From the NCBI RefSeq assembly GCF_033153115.1, contig NW_026889750.1, forward strand, positions 34,782,001 to 34,846,000: 64,000 nucleotides of DNA. The letters are read 5' to 3'. Below, one piece after another: positions 1 through 12,200 of this stretch. The position numbers and the translations under genes are program-made. How positions within the stretch are numbered: position 1 is the first letter of the stretch; each line of letters starts with the position of its first letter. This DNA comes from Saccostrea echinata (lineage: Eukaryota). A model generated the notes under the pieces. It saw only the letters and a list, made by a program, of their open reading frames with translations, was not told the origin of the DNA and searched no databases.

Positions 1-153
1 AAAAAAAATGAGTGCATAGTGTAACCAGCATCAATAACTGTAAGTAATCTAGCATAGAAATTAACAAGTTAGAGCTGATTCTTATAAGTTTGTTCAAGTC
101 ATAGCACAGTGAACTGTATGATCTAAATTAAAAGAAAAGTTTCATTATATTAC

Positions 154-2546
154 CTGAACATGATGTTTTATCCTCGTTCAGGAAGTACCCAGATCGACAC
201 GTGCAATTGAATGACCCTTTACTATTGATACAACCTTGTTCACACTTGGAAGTAGGTAGTTCGCATTCATTGATATCTAGAGTTAAAAAAAAATTCCTCA
301 TTTAAAATTGTAAAACGTGTGTGCAAATTGCAAACAGTTACTAGTATCTATAAAGAAATAATGCATAAATCACAAAAATACAATATGCATATACAATTTT
401 CAATCAATGAAATGCATTTGCATGAAGCTGACATATATATGTAGAACCAATGTGCCTGCATTTATATTCCCCTCCGTCTTGACAGTTCACTTTGTTAGTG
501 CAATTTTATAAATCATTCATACATAAATGCTTGGAATTATTTTGGAAAACTTTTTCTAGCATTTAGCAAATTTTGAGCTTCTCATTGGTCTTTTTATCAA
601 GTCATAAATCATATCATGTATCTAATTTTTGGGATTGAGAAAGAACCCTCTGAAATTAAGATGATATGTACGCAAAAAGAGAAAAAGGAATACATACCTT
701 TACAGTTAATGTTGTTCTTGGCCAACTCAAATCCTAGTGGACAAATACATTTTATGGTTCCGCTAATATTGCCACACGAATATTCACATTCCTTTTCAAA
801 GTTTTCACAGGGATTTATGGCTGAAAATTATATTTTAAAATGATTTAAATGAAGTGTTGAAAAAAATTGTTGAATCTTAGCAAAAGTTTTTGTTGCTTTT
901 TATGTAATTCAGAAATAAGGACAATAGGTTTGATTATTAGTATTAACACAAACGGAACTTATTAAACGATATTTATTTGAACTCTGGAAACCAAAGAACA
1001 ATTATAGACTTTATGTTTACCTCCTTTGTCACAGGAAGCCCTGTTTGAATTCAAGAGAAAACCCAGGTGACAATTACAATTAAATGAGCCTTGTGTATTT
1101 TGACAGATTTGTTCACATCCCGATGAAAGCTCCAAACACTCGTCAATATCTGACAAATTAATTAATAGAAATGAAATCGAAACTGTTCCTCAAAACTTTG
1201 ATTAATTGCAAAAAATGTGTTTTTAACTCAAAAAGATATTTGATAGTGTAAAATCAATATACATGTATTTTCTTTTTCATATTAACAACACAAACTCCCC
1301 ATACCTAAATATGAAATAATTCATAAAAATCCATTCCAACAGAAGAAAAACATACTTGCCTATATTAACATAATTGTGTTTTTTTTGTATCTGTATATTT
1401 TTTTTATTCCACTTCGTGAAAAAAGTTGGTCTGCATAATTATTGTTGGGGGCAAAAAAAAAACAATATAAGTAGAATATACTTTTAGTGCACAAGCACTC
1501 ACCTTGACAAATGCCATCAACTTTTCTAAAACCACTGATACAATTACATATATAACTCCCCTCTGTGTTTTCACAAGTCTCGGTAGTAACGTTACAGGAA
1601 CTGGTCGATGCAGAAGAACATTCATCAATATCTTATTGAAGGAAAAACGATGGTACATGTTTACAAGATATTTAAATTTATGAAATTTCTACAAAAAAAT
1701 AAATTTATAAGAAGCAAAACCTGCAAATAACCTGCACATTTATTTTCAATTTCCTTAAAGCCACTCGGACATTCTGAGCAATTATATCCACGGCCTAATT
1801 TGACTTCTTCTTCGGGAGTAAGGTCAATGCAGTCCCTTCCATGGGAACATGGACTTTGAAGACATGCATCTGTTTCTTTTTCACACATCTCACCTGAAAA
1901 TAGAAAGTACATCTATTTTATTTTGAAATTCAAATCTTTTTAAAACTTCTAAGAAAGCAAAGGAAACATTTAGAAAAAGATTATTCATTTTGATTCTTGA
2001 GCTGCGGTAATCATTGTAATATGCTTATCAATTTCTGATATAAACTGTAGTAAAAGAAATGTATACAAATAAGGGAATGCGAATTTAAAAAGATATCTGA
2101 CAGGATTTTGTCATTTAAAAAAGGGATCTGGTTCCACATTCTTGAATACAACCGTAAATGTTGAGAAATTAAAAACATTCTCAGCAATTCTGACTAAGAA
2201 TACCAATTCTGCGAAAAAAAAAATATAACCATAAGCAGCAAAATCAAAGGATTACTTTGTTAAATGGCTGCTAAAATACCAAAAACGTAATTCAAATATT
2301 TGCAAAATATTTATTGCATTACGAGTAATATTATAGTGATATACATCACATTCGAAGAAAAAAGTAAAGTGAAACTTACCAGAATACCCAATTTCACAGT
2401 TGCAAGTGACTCTGTGTATCTGATCGTTTGCTGTTGGAAAAGCAGATTCATAATTACATGCACCATGATTTCCACATCCGGGGCATACGTTGATTATAAC
2501 ATCTAATACAGGAGATAGAGCGCCAACTGCATCTTCTGCGATGATA
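154..2546 (-). CDS. EGF / calcium-binding EGF exons of the mucin-like gene (6 exons)
   Basis: DIDEC/DINEC starts, C-x-N-x-x-GS[FY]-x-C-x-C motifs, 123-167 nt exons with phase-1 donors. Confidence 0.92.
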
Positions 2547-4685
2547 CTGTCAGCAAACAAATTTATTATACTTTTTAGGTTCTCCAATTCAGCAGATGGG
2601 CAGTATACGATAGAAAATTATTGAATTATGGTATTCTTAAGTCACATTAAACATTACATAAAATAATTTAAAGTAAAATTAACCTGATTCCTGCCATGTT
2701 ATCAGTTGTTGGAGTCCATTTAGCAATTCCAGTTTTATTATCGAAGAAAAAATTCCTAGGTTGATGCAGAATTTTGTACACTGGTCTTTGATTTCCATCA
2801 TCAGAGACGTTGAACATCAAATCCACCTCCTTGTTAATTTCAACATTTATTGTGGTATTACCAGATATTTGCGGCGTTTCATTTTCTGAAAAAAGAGAAT
2901 TTAAAACTATAAAACAGAGCCTAAAAGCTAACCAAAAGTAATATACAGTCGAGATCGAGGTCAACCAGATTTTCGTGGGTAAAATAAGCCGACCTATGAC
3001 AGCGATATCTGCTTTCGAGCTTTTCTCTTTCTTTCCAGATGACAATGCAAGATTCAGGTCCCCCGTTGCAAGATAGTCAGAAATACAGGCTGACGAAGGA
3101 CGTGGACCACATTTTGTCTTTGCATCATCTAGCCGATCTGCATCCATTTCGTCGGTAAATATTGGCACAAAATCGGGATGTGAAAAATTTCTGTAGGTCA
3201 TGCTTTCATCATATTGAAAAAGCGAACTTTCATTTACCAACCCTTTAACAAAATAAGGAAAAACTGGTTAGAACACAAGGTTGTTCTTGACATAAGAAAA
3301 TATATGCTTTGGTAATNNNNNNNNNNNNNNNNNNNNNNNNNNNNNNNNNNNNNNNNNNNNNNNNNNNNNNNNNNNNNNNNNNNNNNNNNNNNNNNNNNNN
3401 NNNNNNNNNNNNNNNNNNNNNNNNNNNNNNNNNNNNNNNNNNNNNNAAAAGAATTATTAGACAATAAACAGAAATCATTGATTATCTAATCATATATAAT
3501 TATGTATCTTTTCTAGGCATTATAAAGACCAAAGAGGCATCATTTGAACCCGTGCTTCCTAACTTTGCACAATTAACAACTTATCTTGCAAAAGCAATGC
3601 AAGTTGACTTCAAGTACTATAATTATTGATATAGAAGAACATAAAAGCACTAATGTTTTGTTATAAGCACAATGATTTATCACTAATNNNNNNNNNNNNN
3701 NNNNNNNNNNNNNNNNNNNNNNNNNNNNNNNNNNNNNNNNNNNNNNNNNNNNNNNNNNNNNNNNNNNNNNNNNNNNNNNNNNNNNNNNNNNNNNNNNNNN
3801 NNNNNNNNNNNNNNNNNNNCAATTTTTGATAATCGGTTACTCGGACGTTTTTCCGATCGAGTACCCGAGTACTCGGTAAAAATGAAAAAACAAGTGTGTT
3901 AATTTTCTTGAGCCTGGTTAAGCTCTGTTAAATCCGAAAGCTGTTTTTATCACGTTTAATAAATGTATGTAAACAACTGAGTCAAAGGGAAATGAATTTT
4001 TGGTACCAAATTTATTTATCAAATAAACACAAAAGACACAATTCATACATCAAAAATTACAAATGGTTTACAGTTCTTGTTTATAGGACCTATTTCATCA
4101 ACGCAAAAAAAGAGAAGACAATCTGTTACGCAGGTTTTGATGTTAGACTAGCGAAAGAGAAGGAAAGGACGTTGTTGGGATCGCTAGTCTAATATTATTT
4201 TATATATTGATTGTTTCCCACTAAACTTACTATGCAAACTGACTTTCAACATTTTTTAAAATCTTTAATTATTTCTAAACATTTCTTCGGTAGCGGCATT
4301 TCTATGCATGTCTGACTTCGCCGCCGTACATGTGTATATTAAATAATTTAAGAAGATAATAGACCATGCTTAAACGATGTTTACTGAAAACAATCATTGA
4401 AGCCATCCAAAAATTAAGTACTTCAATAGGTGAGAACTGCTGTGTACCACATGATTGGTCATTAATTACCGTATATATACAGCCACAGGCGATAACAGGT
4501 GTTTTACAGGTGTAGATGACGACACGCTAGTTTCCGTATGAACATTTAAGTAATTTTTTTGATAAGTTTTTGATAAAAATATGTACTTTGAAATAAGAAC
4601 AAATACACTTCCGAGTACCATTTTTAGTATTCGATACTCGGACGTTCGATCGAGTACCCGGTTAACCGGGTACTCGTTGACATCC

Positions 4686-4778
<93 letters not shown>

Positions 4779-6207
4779 TTAGAATACTACAAGGAAGAAA
4801 AAAGGCTAAAATATATATAGAAATGTTGAAAAATAGGAAAAACATACATTGCTGTCCAAAGTTATAAAATATTCGCCTCTCTGTGCTTGTCAAATTTTCA
4901 TGTAACTGTGTTCCATTTGGCAGAATGAAATCGTTTTCTTTAATTCCATCAAAGTTTCCCATTAAGCCCAGTATCTTTCCTTTATGGTTCTTGCTGACAA
5001 GCGTTTCGCAGACCAAAAAGTCTTTTCCTAGACTTACTTTAACAGCAATTGCTGGAATGAGTAAACTCAAATTTTCATTGCCTTCTTCATTAATTTTGTT
5101 TGAGTAATGAAGTAATACGTGTACATAGTAATGATCGTAAAATTATTTTGTTCCTTACTCGATTTCAAAAATGAAGCAGAAATTTTGTCATTTTCCCACT
5201 GCAGAAATATATCAGATGTCAAGAATGTGTAGCTTGTATTTTTGAATTTATTTGTCAGATCTCTTCCATTGACCAATATAACCATCACTGAAAAAAATCG
5301 TAATGTATTGTACAATTGTAGATACAAACATACCTTGTTACAAAGAAAAGATACGCATAACATGGATAATTCTTACATTTTTTGTCTTTGGACATTTCGA
5401 CCTGTACTTTGGCTCCTGTTTGGTCTTTAGCCACAAAAGCACTAAATATTGAGGCATTGATAATCTTTCCACTTTCCGTTGTTACAAGATCTGTTCGAGC
5501 CTGCAGTTCGAAGTTCGTTGTGCTGGAGTTTATTTTCATCATGGTGTATTCTCCATACCCATTAAAGGTGTAGTCCTTGCCATCAAGTGTAGTTATATGG
5601 GGATCCCCATAGTTAATTCCTTCAAGAAAAGTCAACAGTTTGTAGATAAACTGGTCTCCTTCAAGAAAAGTCAGCAGTTTGTAGACAAACTGGTTTGTTT
5701 ATAGAAATTTTAGAATTCTGCGAGTAATTTTTAACCAACAAATTAAAATTTATTACATCGTGGCTAAGAAAGCCTAACTTTCCTTAGGTCTGATTGTAGT
5801 TTGAAAGTATTATGATCCCGAACGAGCTCGGGAGATGGAATATATGCAGTAGTTTCAATGACGGAACTATTAATCTTAATCAAACTGCACAATAACGACA
5901 ATCATAAACTTTGAATATGCCTGCAACATAATTTTTTAAATTACTACAGCTGACTTGGAAACGGAAGAAAAAGGAAATGTTTTAATTTTATTTCAAAGTG
6001 TGAAAACTTTCTTGCAAAATAGAAATAAGTACCGATAATTGCTAATTTTCTATTTGCTTAATTTTCAGACTGACTAATGACTGAGCCAGCAAAAATATAT
6101 TGCGTTTTCAAAAGTACTAATAAACAATTTAGAGTATCTGACGTGTACATAAATAACAAAAATCTACCGGAAAGTCGATGTCTTCATCGAACTTTATTTT
6201 ATCGATA

Positions 6208-6282
<75 letters not shown>

Positions 6283-9200
6283 AAGAAATTGATAATAAAA
6301 GATGCTTCTGATATACCAGTTTGAAAAGGAGACCTCCTATAACAACTTGGAATATGACGAAGTTTGTAGTACAAGTCACATTGTCCTGTACTACAGCACT
6401 GATGTTTTGGTGTCCGATCATTCTTGGTGTAGTTGGGGCGTTGAAAGAACGGATTATACTTTAAAATGGTTCCTGCTTTTGGCTTTGATCGTTGTAATGG
6501 CCCTAAATTATTTGTGTCGGCGTACATATCATAGCAACATTCCTGAGATTAAGAACGAGATTTTGATAAAGTTACCGAGGTTCAGTTTTCTTTATTGAAC
6601 AGTTTGTAATTATTTGAAATAAATCAGATGTTTGTTAATTAGGATTTTTAATCTTTGTATACTTACAATGTTGGAGTCTACTATCACGGAAGCATAGCAC
6701 AGTAACCTGTTTTCTTTGTCAAATCTGTTTATGGTGAATCGCGGGTCAAACTTGAGAAGCCTGTTATGACAAGGACATTGAATGTGTGGCCTGCTGTTAC
6801 CAAAATTATTATTATTTTCCAAATGCCACTTTGTGCACGCTGCTTTATCTTTTAATTCCCGTACCCCTTCCGTCATTTTGTAGATCCAGACACCAGGTTC
6901 ACCTGTTAGAAAATTCAATAAAGAGTATAAATATTCTAAGTACAGTGAATGTCAAAAAGATTAAACTTCTCATATGATCTATAATAGTGTTCAGTTTGCT
7001 ACATTCACTCACGTTATCGTGGTGGAAAAATAACATTTTTTAAAAATAAATCATAATGAAACAATTATAGGACATACATTGAATTGTGCATCTACAAAGT
7101 TTTAAATTTAAAAGTACACATATAATAACCTCGATTTCCAGGGTTTTTGCTCATCGTAAAAGCTCCCTCTTGAAGGGAAAAGGGATTTGTTTTCGAAATG
7201 CTACGGTATCGGTATCCTATAACAATTTTCCGCTCTTTAATAGACTGCAAATTCACATCCAAATAATTCATTACTGTAAATGTGTTGTCGCCATCTGATA
7301 TCAGGAGACACTGGAAAGTTACTTTCTAAAATTAAAAAAAAACTATTGTAGTATCTGCGTAAATTCTTTTATTCTAATCTTTCAACTTAAATTACTCCTT
7401 AAAAATAGATCAACCAAACGCTTAAGAATATTTTATTACATGTTTTATAATCTTAAGAGTAAATATAACGCAGAATATTTTTAAAGTTTATCGTGCTTTA
7501 TGAGACTTGAAAAATGAAAGTCTCTTATACTGCATGATCAGCGTGTGTCACTCTTAAAAACAGCTTATTAAGAAATAATTATTGAATCAGCTGTTATTGG
7601 CCAGAGTTTACTTACATTCCTATAAATAATGCCAAACTGCTTGCATCTATTCAACCTCACCATTCAGAGTATTTGATATACATTGAATCTCTGGATATGT
7701 TTCTATTCATCAATACTTAATGAATAATTAAACAATTGAAATCAACTGTTGGTTTTCTCAGTTTTACCCAAATTTCAAGTTTTCCATAGGAATACCTTGC
7801 TGGATGGATTAAAATACTTTCTCAGACAAGTGAGTCGATATTCTTACAGGAATATGAAGTTTGATTTTTAAGTTTTACCAAGCTATGTAAAAAAAATAAG
7901 ATAAGGGTGTAGTTCTGAGTATATAAGTGTTCATCGACACTTTACACATAAGAGTATGAAGGCAGATTAAATATTATATGTGTCATGAAATTATACATTC
8001 AGTGTCATGTACATCGTATCAAAATCAATACCTGTGATTTATGATCAAAAAGTGTCATATTTTCCCACGTCACTTTCACGAGCCAGGTAGCTTCAAAATC
8101 TTTAAAATCCTTGAAGTATTTCTTTACAATTTTATCTGCTTTTTCTATTAACGCAATGTCTTTTGCATTCTCTTTTCTACAATATATGTAAGCTGTAGAT
8201 TACGGGAAGATTGATTTATCCATTTTTCTTACAATCAGAAATGTAAAGGAAAGTGAATGTCTTCTAGAAATTTTTTATCATGTAAAAAAGTTTCTTGAAA
8301 AGTATAGGAAATATAAATACCTCTCATAAGATTGGAAATATACTTTTCCTGAAGCGTCTGATGATAAATCCGTACAAAAGGGACAAATAATTTGTTTGTC
8401 TTTCTTTTTTAGCGAGTGTTTATCAGGATTGTCAGCCCTATTAAAGTTATCGCTCCTCGGATTCAGTCCAATTATACCATTTGTTCCAATCTAAAATTTA
8501 ACATATCTTACTATAAAACACTGCTATATCATCATAGACGCAAAGGGCAAAGTTTTCAGATTAACATTGATACTTCCTAATCGGTTTGGACTATGAAGTA
8601 TATTTGTTTGTATATTCAATGCTTAAATTTCTTTCTACTATATTTTTTTTTTTAAAAATGAGAATGCTCTTGGGAGCTTGTTAAATGCTGATCTAAATAA
8701 AGTACTACAAGAATTGAAAAATCTAAGCATTTGAGAAATGGAAAAGCGTATGTAAAGATTTTCGTAAACTCAAACATTTTATATGAAATAGATACTTTAT
8801 AGTTTGTAATATAATATGAAAAGCAACTTCTACAAAGGAAATATATACAAAAAAGGATTGCAATACATGTTTACTTAATTGTGTTACATTTCACACATAT
8901 TTTTTTTACTAATAAATTGTTCCGAAAAGCATAGATCCAACTCCAGACTTCTTTGTACTCGCTCGATTATTTATTATTTAAGAGAAACATCAATAAAAAT
9001 CATATACGGTACCAATTTTGATGCACCAGATGCACATTTCGACAAATGATGTTCAAGTTCCCATGCCGAAACGATGGAAATCCAAAATATTCATATAATT
9101 AGAAAAAAAAACTTTGAAGAGCAGAAAAAGAGCGTATCAAAGACTGGAGCCAAATACGTCGAAGGATCAGAGCTATGCATGAGGGAAATAATCCTTAATT

Positions 9201-12200
9201 TTGAAATAAATTTCTTAATTTTACCACAACAATTAAATATATATTCGTATTTTCAAGCTAGAACTGAAGTACTTAGCTACTGGACTGTAGTCCCTCGGGC
9301 ACTAACAGTCCACCTGTTGAGGCCTTGACCCAGGGGTCATAATGTAAATCATATATGGTACCAATTTTGATGCACCAGATGCGCATTTCGATAAATTATC
9401 TCTTCAGTGATGCTCATGCCGAAACGTTGGAAATCCAAAATATTTAAATAAGAAAAAATTTTGAAGAGCTGAAAAAAACAACCTAATTAAAGCTTACTAT
9501 GACATTGTTGAACCCTTCCATCGACCCGTTACCAATATAAGCTGTAGTTATGGCTTTTAATCTTTGACTCGTATTATCATTTCCAGTGAGAACGAAGTCG
9601 CCGTCTCCATATGGCATGGATACATTTACATCATACTGGCCTGAGAAAGATCACATAATATTATTTATATTTCTTTATTTAGATCAATTCATGTATATTG
9701 TATAGCATATTTGATATGATTAATTCTGGATATGAATATTTGTAATGGTATTAAAAATCAAGAAAACGTTTCGGGAAATAGAAATTCAGAAGATTGAAAA
9801 CCTTTTTTGCTTTAAGGTACGTTTTTGACAAAAAAAAAAAACCCAAGTAAAATTTGAATCTGAAAGATGGAACTTCACAAATAATATGATAAAAGATTTT
9901 GAATGGAAATTTTTCGTCAAATGATGAATGCATGCATATTAATTCTTGCATTGGTATTTACAATTAATATTTTACAAATATAAAGGTATACAGTAACTAC
10001 ACAGGCACTTGTTTCGGTAATGAATTGTTTAATCCATAGCATATTAATGTACCATTTCATAGTGTGATTCGACTTTTCCACTCTGCGAGAAGAGTTTTGA
10101 CGCTGTTTACGGAGACAAAGGAAATTAAAGATGAACATGCCTTAAATGGTTGTGTAGAAAAATTTACGTAGAAGACAATGATAATAAACAGTTTGTCAGT
10201 GCATTTCCTCTGAAAGTGTAAATGAGTGCGATTCTAAGGAGGGGGTACACATGAACTCCACGTAATTCGGAGCTGGATACCTTGTGTTATTATTAAACTA
10301 TATGGGTTAAAACATTTATTACAGAAACAAGTGCCTGTGAGTAACTAGGAATATGCAACTTAAGTAACATCTACATGATAAATAACCTTAGAATGCTTCA
10401 ATAGATAGTTTATGATTTAAGAACAAATTCTTACTTTCTAATGTTTTTATGGTATAAACAGATGGTTTACTTTCACGTTCCCCATATGAAGGATAATTAG
10501 TTGTATATCCATAACTTAATGCTGTAATAGTAACGTTATAATAGTTGTGTGACATCAGAAGTTTCTCCCAAAATATCTCCGGCACGTCCCCCTCTGTCAT
10601 TTGTTCATAGCCATCGATGTTCACTTTATAACGGTTAACAAAGCTATTGTTCTCTGAATCAGTCCACCTCAAAAATAAATTGTCCGCGGAGAAATTGCAG
10701 GAAGTTGATAATGGTCCAGGTGACAGTGGCTCTATTACAGAAAAAAATATAATTTATATTGAACACAAAACAAAGAGAACTTAGCTAAATGAATTATAAC
10801 CATTTTTTTTAAATTTGCGATCTTCGTTATATATATTGATTTTTGAATGATATAAAGATGAAATAGTTTCCAGTATGTCACATGTTTACAATTGTTACAT
10901 TTTATACTCATTGTTATATACATGTATATGTAATTTGGCCTTGAAAAGAGAGCTTATACATGGTAATCGAGTAAAAAATTAAAAACTTTCTGTTGTTATT
11001 ATGAATACATTACTAAAGAATCTTAATTGCCTACCAGATAGATATGGAATTGTTTCATTGGACATTGATATGAAGTAAACAGTTAACTCTTCACAAAATA
11101 CCTAAAATCACTTCAGTCCTCGGGTTATCTATGTAAATGGTCTGATCAGGGTTGCTCAATTGAACTTCGGTCCTGATATGGATTTCATAAAGGCGGCCTG
11201 GTCTAAGGTTACATAGAGATGTATACGCTGTTTGATTTCCAACTGGAAAGTTTTCTTTTGACCTCCAGTTTTCTTCAAGGATTATCTCATACCCTGATAT
11301 CAGCTCCTCATCCTGAGAGGGCGGGTTCCATTCAATCGAAAAACTACATGTTGTACTTTTTATTTGAATTGATCCAGCCAACAAACGGTTTCCTTTTGTT
11401 TGAAACAAACATACAGTATAAGTTGTAATATATGTTGCAAGAATCGGTTACCGCTATTTTATATGTGCATGAACGTTACCTTGAATGAGAAAAACTGCAT
11501 TATACTTTTAATGAATGAGCAATATCTTGTAAGTAACAAATTTATCACATTTATTTCAGATAAATAGACACTTACTATTATAACAAGTCGAATTTTTGTG
11601 ATAAAAAGAAGAATTACAGAGACATTGCTCAGTGCGACACTCTAAAGCAATATTTGGTAAGCATTCCCTAGATTTGTTGCATGGCTCAGAAAAGTGCAAG
11701 CCTGAAAAATAGTGATTCATACATGAATTCAGATTAAAAAGTATTGATTATTAACAATTGTAAATACAGTTTAAAATTCCAAAAATACATACAGGTCTTT
11801 ATCAGTACAGAAGTTTGACATGACTTACGGGTCAATGAAGAATTGCAATTATTTAGATACTCGAAAATATAAAACATTAGCTACAAAAGCTTACATTTGA
11901 GAACACATACTTCCTGAAACCCTTACGTTGACGGAATTCAAACTTGACCCCCATCCGTCTGAGTTCAGTGCAAGACATTGGTAGAAAAAACCACCATCAA
12001 GATCGAAGTCCACTCTGTTGATGACCAGAAGAGGATCTTCGAGGTCCAGCAAACTTCCTCTATATCTTTCTTCTGTCGTGTCTAAATCGGTCATCATCCC
12101 ATTTTTGATCTTTCGCCATTTGGTTTCGGTGACAGGTGGGAAGTCAGGATTATTTAGAACAGAAGCATTTATCCTCAATGTAGAACGATATGGTACTATC

